Counted from the stretch's first letter, positions 52,219-62,134 are shown. The stretch is DNA of 64,000 bases from Trueperaceae bacterium (GCA_965213925.1 OZ243927.1:288001-352000); one strand, 5' to 3'. Translations and numbers: made by a program. Notes: a model not told the origin generated them from the sequence alone.

Positions 52219-52725
52219 ATGAGATTTTCTTTTCTCGCGCTGACTCTGTGCGGCGCAGTATTTGGGGTGGTGTCGGCGCACGCATACCTCGAGACCTCAG
52301 ACCCCGCGACGGGGGCAACCTTACAAGTGGCACCAGAGCAAATCACCCTGAATTTTAGCGAGCCCTTGGAGCTGCGCTTTAGCACCTTCAGAATTGCCCC
52401 TTTAGAGACGGACGCAACCGACCCGCGTGAGGTCCAAGTTGCCGCGCAGGACCTTGTAGCGGAGGTTTTAGGGCAGGGCGATGACCGCCACGGTGACGCT
52501 GGCGATGAAGAGCACAGTGATGAGCATGGCGACGAATCCGGTGAGACGAGTGTCGAGGTGCTGACGAGCGAGCGGGCGACCCGAGAGGTTGCGCTCGGGC
52601 TAGGCGACCTAGAGCCGGGAACCTACGTCGTCATGTGGCGACTCCTCTCTACCGACACCCACACTTCGGACGACTACATCACGTTCACTATCTCATCCGA
52701 CGCGAGCACCTCCGCAGGGAATTAG
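52219..52725 (+). CDS. copC: Copper-binding periplasmic protein CopC with a His/acidic insertion
   Basis: Signal peptide then HAYL..SDP..GA, L.FSEP, L.PGTY.V.WR.LS.D.H. Confidence 0.88.
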   Translation: MRFSFLALTLCGAVFGVVSAHAYLETSDPATGATLQVAPEQITLNFSEPLELRFSTFRIAPLETDATDPREVQVAAQDLVAEVLGQGDDRHGDAGDEEHSDEHGDESGETSVEVLTSERATREVALGLGDLEPGTYVVMWRLLSTDTHTSDDYITFTISSDASTSAGN

Positions 52726-53657
52726 TGCTCGCGCTCGTCAAAGCGAGCTTGCTCTTGGGCGCAGTGCTGCTGATTGGCGCGGGCGTCTTCGGGCGTTTCG
52801 TCGCGCCGGAACTGCGCGACGAGGTGCGAACGCCGCTACGTTGGGGCGTTCTGACAGGCGCAGTCGTGCTGCTGATTAGCAGTGTGGTTGACGTGACGCA
52901 GACCGTGAATAACGCGCTTGGCAGGTACGACGCTGCATTTTTGCTCGAGTACATGCGCTTCACGCGCCACGGCAACGCGGTGCTCGTGCGGCTCGTGCTT
53001 GTCGTCGTCGTCGCGTTTCTCACGCTTAGGTGGACAGCCCCAGACACCGCACCCTCTTTCGCGCGGCGCACGAATCACGCGCTCTACCTCTTCTCGAGCC
53101 TCGGTTTACTCTCTACCTTTAGCTGGACGAGTCACGCGGCGACGATGGGCGGCACGCCCCCTTTGCTCGCGGACCTCGCGCACTTCGCGGCGGCGAGTGC
53201 GTGGTCCGGCGCGGTGCTCTACTTGGCGCTCGCCCCCGTGTGGGAAGAGGGACGGCGGGCGAAGTTGAACCGGGCACTCGCCAGAGTGTCCGCTCTCGGC
53301 TCCGCGTGCGTCACGCTCCTCTTTATTACAGGAGGCTACACCTCTCTAATGCATCTGCAAAACCCCGAACGCTTCGCCGCCTCACCTTACGGTCAGGCGC
53401 TCATCTATAAACTGCTGCTCGTCGCCATTATCGTCGGGCTCGCGGCGTACAACCGCTTGTGGCTCTTGCCTGCCTCACTCAAAGGTAAGCTCACGCGGCG
53501 CTTTAGGAGGGTAATGAGGCTCGAGGCTCTAACCCTCGTCGCCGTTTTTATCACCACGGGCGTCCTCACCACGAGCGCTATGCCGCACGAGCCCGGCATC
53601 CAGCCCACCGCACTAGAAAACCTCACGGCTTTGCTGCGCTACTTAGGCGCACGTTAA
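52725..53657 (+). CDS. copD: Copper uptake membrane protein CopD
   Basis: SHA, D..H..AAS.W.G, TG, YG..L..KL, A.N; GTG overlaps the copC stop. Confidence 0.88.
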   Translation: MLALVKASLLLGAVLLIGAGVFGRFVAPELRDEVRTPLRWGVLTGAVVLLISSVVDVTQTVNNALGRYDAAFLLEYMRFTRHGNAVLVRLVLVVVVAFLTLRWTAPDTAPSFARRTNHALYLFSSLGLLSTFSWTSHAATMGGTPPLLADLAHFAAASAWSGAVLYLALAPVWEEGRRAKLNRALARVSALGSACVTLLFITGGYTSLMHLQNPERFAASPYGQALIYKLLLVAIIVGLAAYNRLWLLPASLKGKLTRRFRRVMRLEALTLVAVFITTGVLTTSAMPHEPGIQPTALENLTALLRYLGAR

Positions 53658-53666
53658 AAGGAGAGA

Positions 53667-54659
53667 ATGATGAAGCTAACGTTGATAACTATTTTTTTAC
53701 TCACGCTCGGCGCGACCTTCGCCCAACAGAGCGTCACTTTAGACTTCGCCGCGACGGTGAACGACCAAGAGGTCAGGTGCGGCGTCATGTATGAGGGCGT
53801 CGGCGCGCAGGGGTCAACCGTCGAGTTTCAAGATATGCGCTTTTACGTTTCAGACGTTCGCCTTATCAATGCGGACGGAGAAGAGGTTGTGTTAGAACTC
53901 GAGCCCAACCAGTGGCAGCACCAAGATGTCGCTCTCCTAGACTTCGAAGACGGCACCGCCCGCTGCGCCGAGTCGGGCAACGAGGCAATGAATAGCACCG
54001 TAACGGGAAGCGTACCCGCGGGAGAGTACACGGGCGTGGTGTTTACGCTCGGCGTCCCCTTCGACCTCAACCACGCGGACGTAGCAACTGCGCCCACGCC
54101 CTTAAACGTCTCCTCGATGTGGTGGAGCTGGCAGGGCGGTTACAAGCACGCTCGCATCGACTTGATGAGCCACAGCGCTATGGCGATGGACATGCAGTCG
54201 AGCACTCAAGAGAGCCATAACGCTGGAGGACACGGTGAAGGCGGCGAACACGCACAAGCTGAAGCCGAACAAGGTGAACATGCAGGTCACGGCGGCGCAG
54301 CCCAAACCGGACTCTGGCCCATCCACATCGGCAGCACGGGCTGCGACTCGAGCGCGAGCGTGATCCCCCCTGCAACACCTTGCGCGAATCCGAACCTAAC
54401 CGAAGTGCGTTTGAAGAATGTCGACTTGGAGAACGACGTCATCGTCGCAGATGTGAGCGGTTTGCTCAGTGGCGTAGACGTAAGCCAGTCCTTAGAGACG
54501 GCCCCTCCAGGCTGCATGTCGGGTCCTGAAGACCCCGACTGCAACGCGCTGTTCACCAACTTGAACCTCGCATCAGACGTGAACACGCAGACCTTCTTCC
54601 GCGTCGCGCCGCAAGGTGCAGCCTCTCATGGCGAAACGCAAGCCGATACGCAATACTGA
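53667..54659 (+). CDS. mbnP: MbnP family copper-binding protein
   Basis: D.RFYVS, WQ...VALLDFE, FTLGVPF.LNH, MWWSWQGGYK (WxW), HIGSTGC, C.NPN, GCMS.P.DPDC. Confidence 0.88.
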   Translation: MMKLTLITIFLLTLGATFAQQSVTLDFAATVNDQEVRCGVMYEGVGAQGSTVEFQDMRFYVSDVRLINADGEEVVLELEPNQWQHQDVALLDFEDGTARCAESGNEAMNSTVTGSVPAGEYTGVVFTLGVPFDLNHADVATAPTPLNVSSMWWSWQGGYKHARIDLMSHSAMAMDMQSSTQESHNAGGHGEGGEHAQAEAEQGEHAGHGGAAQTGLWPIHIGSTGCDSSASVIPPATPCANPNLTEVRLKNVDLENDVIVADVSGLLSGVDVSQSLETAPPGCMSGPEDPDCNALFTNLNLASDVNTQTFFRVAPQGAASHGETQADTQY

Positions 54660-54662
54660 GGC

Positions 54663-55794
54663 GTGAAACATACGCTCTTCATCACCGGATTTTTGTCGCT
54701 CGTCCTCCTCCTTTTGGGGGCGGGCACGCCCGGTTACGTCTGGACCTTGCCGCAAGGGTTCCCCAAGCCGCTCGTGCCCGAAAACAACCCGATGACCGAC
54801 GCGAAAGTCGAACTCGGGCGGCACCTCTTCTACGACACGCAGCTCTCGGGCAACGGCTCGCAGTCGTGCGCCACGTGTCATCAGCAGGCGCAGGCATTCA
54901 GCGACGGCATGAACACCTCGGTGGGCTCGACGGGTGAACCTCATCCGCGCAACTCGCAGTCTCTGACCAACGTTGCCTATAACGCCACCTTGACTTGGGG
55001 CAATCCGGTCTTAGAGGAGTTGGAGCAGCAAATCCTCATCCCCATGTTCGGCGAATTCCCGGTTGAACTCGGCATGATGAATAAGGAGGAAGAGGTCTAT
55101 GCCCGCTTCGAAGAGGACGCGCTTTACAAAAACCTCTTCGCCGCTGCTTATCCGGGTGAAGAGAACCCCGTCAACACGAGAAACATCGCCGACGCGCTCG
55201 CCTCCTTTACCCGCACGCTGATCTCGGGCGGCTCGCGCTACGACGAGTTCGTCTACGGCGGCAACAGAGACGCCCTCACCACCTCCGAGCGGCTCGGCAT
55301 GGACCTCTTCTTTAGTGAAAGGACCGAGTGCCACCACTGTCACGGCGGCTTCAACTTCACGCACTCGGTCAAGCATCAAAACAACGCGCAGTTCGTGGAG
55401 AAGTCCTTTCATAACACCGGGCTCTACAACGTGGACGGTCAAGGCGCGTACCCGACGGGCAATACGGGCGTGTTCGAGGTTACGGGTAAGCGCGCGGACA
55501 TGGGCAAGTTTCGCGCCCCGTCCCTGCGAAACGTCGAACTCACCGCGCCGTACTTCCACGACGGTAGCGCACAGACGTTGGAAGAGGTCGTGCGCTCTTA
55601 CGAGGCGGGCGGGCGGCTTTTAGAGTCCGGCGATTTTGCAGGGGACGGGCGCGCTGAACCCCAACAAGAGCGGCTTCGTGCGCGGCTTTTCGCTGACCGA
55701 CGAGGAGCGGCAGGACTTGGTGAACTTTCTGAAAGCGTTGACGGATGAGGAATTTATCACAGACGAGCGCTTTAGTGACCCCTTTGAGGAATAA
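54663..55794 (+). CDS. mbnH: MbnH family di-heme enzyme (bCcP/MauG superfamily), +1 frameshift at about 55650
   Basis: VP..NPMT..KV.LGR.LFYD, CATCH, RN...[28 protein letters not shown]; the shifted frame gives the expected NPNKS.FV.GF.LT..E..DL..FL..LTD...F.DPF tail, ending at 55794. Confidence 0.9.
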
Positions 55795-55899
55795 GGCGTG
55801 ACGGGGAGATGAGAAGTGGATAATTTTTCTCCTCATCTCCCTCTCCCGAGCGTAGCCACAACTCAAACTCTTTGCCCTAAGGTTCGGTAAGTTATTCCT

Positions 55900-57039
55900 A
55901 TGGACACACCCCAGTTTGAAGCATCTGAAACTGCGCCGACGATGAGCTACGCGAGAGCCCGCCTCTACCTGGGTATTAGCTGCGTAGGTATGTGGACGAC
56001 GCTCTCGGTATTAGCGCTGCTTTTCGGTCTACCCGAGCGTGTTCTATCCGAGAGTACGCTCTGGTCTCTTGCGGACACCACGCAACTCGTAAGCGTCATC
56101 CTTCTCTACGCTTTCTTACAGGGAGCCTTTGACCTCTTCGGCGGCTTCGTGTTGCCGAAAGAATACGGACGCTACAAACCTAACTTGTCAGGTTTTCTTC
56201 TGCACTGGTTTCGCGGCGCGTTGCTGCACGGTGTGCTCTTGCTCCTCGTTGGTTTAATCCTCCTGGCGAGTGCGCGGCTCGGCGGTATCTGGCTGGCGCT
56301 ACTCGTCTTTTTGCTTTTGAACGTCGGCTTGATTTATGGACAGGTTCTGTTGGCGCGTCTCATCGGCGGGCTCGGCGTTCGACGCGAAAAAGGTTATATA
56401 CTCTTAAATGCACCTTATCCCCACCTCACGGGCGGCGTCGCTGGTTTCAAAGCGGTGGTTCTCGTTCCGCAGAGATGGCGCGACGTATTCGATTCTGAAA
56501 CCTTCGACCTCTTGGTGAAGCGCAAACAGACGCTAGCTGAGAAAGGCTCGAGGCGCTTGGGTCTTTTCGCCGCTCTTCTCTGGAACACGCTCGGGTTCAT
56601 TCTGGTGTACCTCGCAGCAGGCGGCACGGCGAGCGTCGCTGGGCTCATAAGTTTCAGCCTCTGGTCCACACTCTGGGCATTCTTAGGCGTGCTCGTCTTG
56701 CCGACGCTTTCACGGCGGGCGGTGTTTCAGGGGGACGCGCACGCGGTCTCGAGTGGTCAAGAGGTCAGCTTACTTGCCGAAGCTCTCAAGACCCTAGACC
56801 GTGACCAAGACGGTGAATTTAGACGCGGGCAAGCCGTCGAAACGGTCTTTCACCCCATCCCCTCAGCCGCGCGGCGCATTGAGAAGTTGGAGACGAGGGA
56901 CGCACCCCCCAACCTAGCAACCTGGCACGTCGCGAGAACGGCGCTCTACCTCTCGTGGGCGAACCTGAGTTTGCTCTCACGCGCGGTCCACTGCAACATC
57001 GGCAGACCGGAAGTGTGGGTATTTCTGCCGAGTGACTAA
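55900..57039 (+). CDS. Multi-pass membrane protein of unknown function, M48/Ste24-like layout without HExxH
   Basis: About 6 TM segments; SRRAVFQGD..A and FHP.P...RI..L align with M48 C-terminal motifs; ends HCNIGRPEVWVFLPSD. Confidence 0.7.
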   Translation: MDTPQFEASETAPTMSYARARLYLGISCVGMWTTLSVLALLFGLPERVLSESTLWSLADTTQLVSVILLYAFLQGAFDLFGGFVLPKEYGRYKPNLSGFLLHWFRGALLHGVLLLLVGLILLASARLGGIWLALLVFLLLNVGLIYGQVLLARLIGGLGVRREKGYILLNAPYPHLTGGVAGFKAVVLVPQRWRDVFDSETFDLLVKRKQTLAEKGSRRLGLFAALLWNTLGFILVYLAAGGTASVAGLISFSLWSTLWAFLGVLVLPTLSRRAVFQGDAHAVSSGQEVSLLAEALKTLDRDQDGEFRRGQAVETVFHPIPSAARRIEKLETRDAPPNLATWHVARTALYLSWANLSLLSRAVHCNIGRPEVWVFLPSD

Positions 57040-57113
57040 CGGAGTAAAAGCTAGTGCGGGACGTTTGCAACTGGTTCGCCCTGGTGCACAACCCTAAAAT
57101 TAAGGAAGTAACT

Positions 57114-58712
57114 ATGGACGCGACTCAACGCACGCGCAATCAGCGCACCTCACGGGGACACAAACCGATTGTCGAGCAGCCCAGGGGCTTCGACCTCTTT
57201 GCGCTGCCAGGGTTGCGCCGCTTCATCCGCTGGAAATACGCCCGCTTCGTCTTTCAACTCCCGCTGCTGATCCTCGCCGTGTTCGTCATCTGGGACGGCT
57301 TCGCCGGGCGGCAGGTCGCCCCGCGCAACATCGCCACGACGACGGTGTGGCTGCACTATAGGGGGCTCGTCGTGATCGCGCTCGCGCTCATCGGCAACGC
57401 CTTTTGCGCCGCGTGCCCTTTGATGTTGACGCGAGGTGCGACGAAACGCTTGGAGCGCTTTTTGCCGCGCAAGCTGAGCTTCCCTAAACCGCTCAAAAAC
57501 AAATATCTCGTTACCGTCCTCCTCCTGTTCTTCTTTTTCTCCTACGAATACTTCGACCTCTGGGCGAGTCCTTGGCTCACTGCCTGGCTCGTCCTCGCGT
57601 ACTTCGGGGGCGCACTCGCTGTTGACACGCTCTTCCCAGCGGGGACGTTCTGCCGCTACGTGTGCCCCTTGGGAAACTTCAACTTCGCTTACTCGTCGGC
57701 GTCGCCTACGCAGATTACGGCGGTAGACCACGACATCTGTAGGAGCTGTGAGCACAAGCCGTGTTTGCACGGGCGCGACACAGACAGTGTTGAGAGAAAA
57801 GGACTGAGGACTGAGAGGTCAGAAGTTCCTTCTCAGTCCTCAGTCCTGGGTCCTGGGTCCTCTAACGCCGCCTTCATCCCCCTCGCCGACATCGTCCACG
57901 CGAACGGCACCGGACACTTCCCCGGCTGCGAGACGGACCTCTTCGTGCCGACGATGCAATCCAATATGGACTGCACGAACTGCTTCAACTGCGTGCGGGC
58001 ATGCCCTTACGACAATGTCGCCTTAACCGTGCGGCAACCCGGCTGGGAGTGGACGCGCGCACCTTGGAAGACGCGGGGGCGGCTGCCGCTCATGGTGATG
58101 GGCGTGCTCTTAGCCTTCTGGGGACTTTTGAACGCCGTGGCGATGATCGGACCTTACTTCGACCTGTCGCAGTGGGTGGCGAGCACGTTCAACACGCAGA
58201 ACGAAGCCTTGCTCCTCGGAATTTTCTTCCTGACGACGACCCTTCTAGGACTCTTCGTCACGGGCGGTGTCGCCTACCTCGCGGACCTCTTGGGGCAGGG
58301 GAGGGCGAACTTTAGAGACGCCTTTTTGCGCTGGGGGTACGTCAGCGTGGCGCTCGGCTTCGGCTTTTGGGGGGCGCACTACCTCTTTCACTTCATGACG
58401 GGGGCGCTAAGCATCGTGCCCGTGTTTCAGAACTTTTTCGAGGCGAGGGGCTTTCCCGTTGACCCTAACTGGCGGCTCGCGCAAATTATCCCGTCCGACT
58501 GGCTTTTCCCAGTAGGCGCGGCGATCACGCTCTTTTACAGCTTTCTGGCGGTTTACGTGGTGGTGCGTATCGCGCTTAGAGACTTCGGGCGGCGCGGCGT
58601 TTTAGCGATGTGGCCGCCGCTTCTGTTCGTGCTCCTCTTCGCGGCGGTCGCGCTCACGGTTTTGGGGCAGCCGATGGAGATGCGCGGGACGATTCTAGGA
58701 CCGAGTTTTTAG
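57114..58712 (+). CDS. 4Fe-4S-binding polytopic membrane protein (FesM/NosR/CcoG-like)
   Basis: FCAACP, FCRYVCP, C..C....C, DCTNCFNCVRACP; ATG at 57114. Confidence 0.85.
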   Translation: MDATQRTRNQRTSRGHKPIVEQPRGFDLFALPGLRRFIRWKYARFVFQLPLLILAVFVIWDGFAGRQVAPRNIATTTVWLHYRGLVVIALALIGNAFCAACPLMLTRGATKRLERFLPRKLSFPKPLKNKYLVTVLLLFFFFSYEYFDLWASPWLTAWLVLAYFGGALAVDTLFPAGTFCRYVCPLGNFNFAYSSASPTQITAVDHDICRSCEHKPCLHGRDTDSVERKGLRTERSEVPSQSSVLGPGSSNAAFIPLADIVHANGTGHFPGCETDLFVPTMQSNMDCTNCFNCVRACPYDNVALTVRQPGWEWTRAPWKTRGRLPLMVMGVLLAFWGLLNAVAMIGPYFDLSQWVASTFNTQNEALLLGIFFLTTTLLGLFVTGGVAYLADLLGQGRANFRDAFLRWGYVSVALGFGFWGAHYLFHFMTGALSIVPVFQNFFEARGFPVDPNWRLAQIIPSDWLFPVGAAITLFYSFLAVYVVVRIALRDFGRRGVLAMWPPLLFVLLFAAVALTVLGQPMEMRGTILGPSF

Positions 58713-58779
58713 GCTCGAGGTTCTAACTTAACGGCTGAGCAGGTTAAAACGTTCACGCCGACGTTTCCGCGCGGGTGTC

Positions 58780-59703
58780 ATGCTACTAGGCGTGGCAGAC
58801 CTGCTTAAAACCGCGCTCTTCGTTGGGCTCATGCTCCTCTTGGGCGCGGGTATTTTCTCGCGTTATGTCGGCGTGGCGTTAGACGGACAGAAGGTACGCT
58901 CCAGGCTCCACCTCAGTTTAGCTGTGGGCGGCGCACTCATCCTCATGGCGAGTTTCGGCAGCATTGTTCTCGTCCTGACGCAGCTTGTCGGGCGCGTCTA
59001 CCTCGACATGTTCGGGGAATACTTGCTCTACACGTCACACGGACGCTGGACGCTCCTGCGCGCCGCGCTCGTGGGCGGGCTCGTCGCGCTCGGCTTAGGG
59101 CGCAGGCTTCCTTTCGCCTCGGAGCGCACGCTTCACCTCGCGCTGAGTTTCGCGCTGCTCGTCTCGGTGAGTGCGCTCAGCCACGCGGGGGCGAGCGGCA
59201 ACCGGCTCTTGCTCTTCGCGGATTTGGGGCACCTCAGCGCGGCGGCGCTCTGGGCGGGCTCGCTCATCGCGCTGGCGCTCTTGCCTGTGTGGTCGAGGGC
59301 GCAAACGATGGCGCTCCGGCGGACGATGGCGCGCGTCTCGGCGGCGGGGCTTTTGAGCGTCGGCTTGCTCTTCGTAACCGGGCTTTACGCCTCGAGCGTC
59401 CACCTCACCAGTTCAGCCAAACTCCTCCAAACGGACTACGGCTTCGCGCTCTTCTGCAAGGGGCTCCTCGTCACAACCGTGGTCGGGATTGCGGCGGGGA
59501 ACCGCTGGATGGTGCTGCCGCTGCTCCCGAGAGGAGGCGCGCCCCTGTTGCGGCGGACGGTGCGGCTCGAGGCGCTTCTCCTCGTTGCCATACTCGTCCT
59601 TTCGGGCGTTCTCACCTCGAGCGAGCCCGAAGCGCTCCATAGGGAGCATTCACACGGCGCGGCGGGGCTCGAGCCGAACGAAAGCAGCGCCGCCAGTCCG
59701 TAG
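58780..59703 (+). CDS. copD: Second CopD-family protein
   Basis: SHAG, D.GH..AA.LW.G, TG, YG..L..K, His-rich C-terminal tail. Confidence 0.85.
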   Translation: MLLGVADLLKTALFVGLMLLLGAGIFSRYVGVALDGQKVRSRLHLSLAVGGALILMASFGSIVLVLTQLVGRVYLDMFGEYLLYTSHGRWTLLRAALVGGLVALGLGRRLPFASERTLHLALSFALLVSVSALSHAGASGNRLLLFADLGHLSAAALWAGSLIALALLPVWSRAQTMALRRTMARVSAAGLLSVGLLFVTGLYASSVHLTSSAKLLQTDYGFALFCKGLLVTTVVGIAAGNRWMVLPLLPRGGAPLLRRTVRLEALLLVAILVLSGVLTSSEPEALHREHSHGAAGLEPNESSAASP

Positions 59704-59823
59704 CATAAGCCTCACACCGGGCTGAAAAAGGGATGGCACAGAGTGAAGGCGTGCCCAACGGCATACTTCGTGCACCGAAGTTACGCTCATCAGGTGGGAG
59801 CACCCCACAGGGGGTGACGAGCG

Positions 59824-59854
59824 TTTGAGGATGGCATAGTGTGCCATCCTCAAA
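59824..59854 (+). terminator. Strong hairpin after the copper operon
   Basis: TTTGAGGATGGCA-TAGTG-TGCCATCCTCAAA, perfect 13-bp stem. Confidence 0.5.
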
Positions 59855-59884
59855 TCACTTTGGTATTGCTTAACCTCTTTGATC

Positions 59885-59989
59885 GCACAACGATCTCTCC
59901 CGACGAGGGCGTGCGCGGCGTAGGGGAGATTTATGAATCTCCCCTACTGCATTTGCCTCTCTCTGTGACTTTTCTAGCGTGGTCTACCA
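59885..59989. repeat. MITE family B copy carrying a REP palindrome
   Basis: GAGGGCGTGCGCG-REP-TGCATTTGCCTCT..TGTG..TTTTCTAGCGTGGTCTACCA; inverted copy at 62312-62445. Confidence 0.7.
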
Positions 59990-60028
59990 GTTTTATCTGT
60001 AGAGTGAAAGTTGATAGGATGACCGAGT

Positions 60029-60730
60029 ATGGTTCTTCTCGACGCTCAATTTGTCAAATACACACTTTTAGCCTTGGGACTATTCAGCGCGACGCTCTCT
60101 CCTCTCGCTGCCGCCCAAAGCCTCCCCGAATGCCGCTACGACGACCTAGAAACGCGCTATCGAGACCTATCTCAGTGGCGCGTCACGCTGCTCGACACGC
60201 TCTACAAACTGCCCGAAAGTTACGCGCCCCAAGACCTCGTCTCGGTCGAAGAGGCGGGGCTCGACTCCCAACATCAGGTGCGCGCTTTTGTCATCGACGA
60301 CCTCCGCGCGCTCCTCCGGGCGGCGGAAGACGCCGGGCATCCCCTCGCGGTGCAGTCGGCGTACCGTTCGTATACGTATCAGATCGGCACGTTCAACTAC
60401 TGGGTCCAGCAAAGAGGTCGCGAGGAGGCGCTTAAAATCAGCGCGAGGGCGGGGCACTCCGAACATCAACTCGGCACCGCGCTCGACTTCCGCAGCGCGG
60501 ACGGGCCGGCCGCTTGGGATTTGGAGGACTGGGCGCAGACGCCCGCCGGCGCGTGGCTGGAGGAGAACGCCCCGCGCTACGGCTTCGTGATGAGCTACCC
60601 GCAAGGAGAGGAGGAGACGGTCTGCTACACCTACGAGCCCTGGCACTACCGCTACGTGGGGCGCGAGGTGGCTAAGGCGGTGCGTGAAAGCGGCTTGACC
60701 CTGCGCGAGTGGTTATGGCGGCAGCAGTGA
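60029..60730 (+). CDS. D-alanyl-D-alanine carboxypeptidase (M15B/VanY-like)
   Basis: SAYRS...Q, SARAGHSEHQLG.ALD, YGF, YEPWH.RYVG. Confidence 0.9.
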   Translation: MVLLDAQFVKYTLLALGLFSATLSPLAAAQSLPECRYDDLETRYRDLSQWRVTLLDTLYKLPESYAPQDLVSVEEAGLDSQHQVRAFVIDDLRALLRAAEDAGHPLAVQSAYRSYTYQIGTFNYWVQQRGREEALKISARAGHSEHQLGTALDFRSADGPAAWDLEDWAQTPAGAWLEENAPRYGFVMSYPQGEEETVCYTYEPWHYRYVGREVAKAVRESGLTLREWLWRQQ

Positions 60731-60802
60731 GGCGGTCGCGGCGCTATTCAATGACGTTATTCAATAAGGTTCTATTCACTGAGCGCGGCGTTATGCTGAA
60801 CT

Positions 60803-61372
60803 ATGCGTAACCCTAAACCCTATCTTCTCACGCCCATTTTGCTCGTCGGCGCTCTTTTTGTGAGTGCGGTACTCGCCCACGCGACGCTCGTGTTGGGGAC
60901 GGTCTCGAGCACCCCCGCCACCCCCCAGCTCGGCGAAGACTTCACGCTCAGTCTGACCCTGGAAGACCCTATCGGTGTCGCTGTCGAAGACGCTGTCGTC
61001 TACGCCGAGTTTCGTCCGCCTGGTGCCCCTTTGGAGAGCGAGCCTGCGCGCAACGTGCGCTTAGAAGAAATTTCAGCGGGCGCTTACAGTGCGACGCTCA
61101 GCTTGCCAAACGCGGGCGAATGGAACCTCTTCTTGCGTGACCAGACCTTTCGCCAAGAGGAGGCGACAGCGAGCCTAGTCTTTGGCGTCGGTGCTCAAAC
61201 GGCCTCTTCGCAGTCGTTCGTGTTTCCGCCTACTGCAACGGGACCCACGAACATCTGGACGTGGCTGGGTTGGCTCATCGGTCTGCCTGTAATCGCCGCT
61301 GTCGTCGTGACTGTGCTCGTACTGACGGGCGGAAAAAAAGAGCCGCAGGGCGTTTCTGCCAATAAATCGTGA
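60803..61372 (+). CDS. Exported protein with N-terminal His, YtkA-like beta domain and C-terminal membrane anchor
   Basis: Signal peptide AVLA-HA, G.Y...L.LP.AG.W, C-terminal TM segment. Confidence 0.6.
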   Translation: MRNPKPYLLTPILLVGALFVSAVLAHATLVLGTVSSTPATPQLGEDFTLSLTLEDPIGVAVEDAVVYAEFRPPGAPLESEPARNVRLEEISAGAYSATLSLPNAGEWNLFLRDQTFRQEEATASLVFGVGAQTASSQSFVFPPTATGPTNIWTWLGWLIGLPVIAAVVVTVLVLTGGKKEPQGVSANKS

Positions 61373-61402
61373 TATCTCCTTTATGATTCACGTGATCTTC
61401 CT

Positions 61403-62134
61403 ATGAGCTTTTTCGAGCAGACCTCCGGCACGATCGTCAACGTCTTGACGGTTCTCGTCGGCTCAGGTTTAGGACTCTTGCTGCGCGGGCGTCTGCCGCA
61501 GCGTATCGTCAACGTGGTGATGCAAGCTATTGGCTTGACGACGCTCTTAATCGGCGTCTTAAACGCGGTGGACTTAACCCGCGTGGAGACACCGCCCGGC
61601 ATTATTATAGGACTGATTGCGCTGGCGCTAGGTGGCGCGTTAGGAGAATGGTGGGGGCTCGAGGAGGCTTTAGAAGGCGTCGGCGAACGCCTCAAAGCGC
61701 GGTTCCAAGGACAGGGCCGCTTCACCGAAGGTTTTGTCGCGGCGAGCCTGCTTTTTTGCGTCGGACCGCTAACGCTCATCGGCAGCATTCAGAACGGTCT
61801 CGCCGGCGACGCCTCGTTTTTGCTGCTTAAATCCACCCTGGACGGCTTCGCCTCCTTAGCCCTCTCCGCGACTTTTGGCTTTGGCGTCATCTTTTCGGTG
61901 GTCGTCATCGCCGTCTATCAGGGTGCACTCTCGCTCGGCGCGGGGCTCTTCGCCAACCTCATCGCGGACCCCAGCACCGACCCGCGTGTGCTGCTTGTGA
62001 ACGGCGTCGGCGGGCTGATGATCATGGGCTTAGGGTTTGGACTTCTTGAAATCAAGAAGTTGCGCGTGGCGAGCTTGCTGCCTGCGCTGGTGCTGGTCGT
62101 AATGCTCTACTACGTGGGGTTGCTTTTTTACTAA
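61403..62134 (+). CDS. DUF554 family membrane protein
   Basis: GT+VN, GE, GFV.ASLLFCVG, KS.LDG, YQG. Confidence 0.9.
   Translation: MSFFEQTSGTIVNVLTVLVGSGLGLLLRGRLPQRIVNVVMQAIGLTTLLIGVLNAVDLTRVETPPGIIIGLIALALGGALGEWWGLEEALEGVGERLKARFQGQGRFTEGFVAASLLFCVGPLTLIGSIQNGLAGDASFLLLKSTLDGFASLALSATFGFGVIFSVVVIAVYQGALSLGAGLFANLIADPSTDPRVLLVNGVGGLMIMGLGFGLLEIKKLRVASLLPALVLVVMLYYVGLLFY

Noticed and set aside
53667..55794. Methanobactin biosynthetic cluster
   Set aside because: No mbnA precursor, mbnB or mbnC is visible; only the MbnP/MbnH pair
60029..60730. Glycopeptide resistance locus
   Set aside because: A lone M15B carboxypeptidase without vanHAX or vanRS
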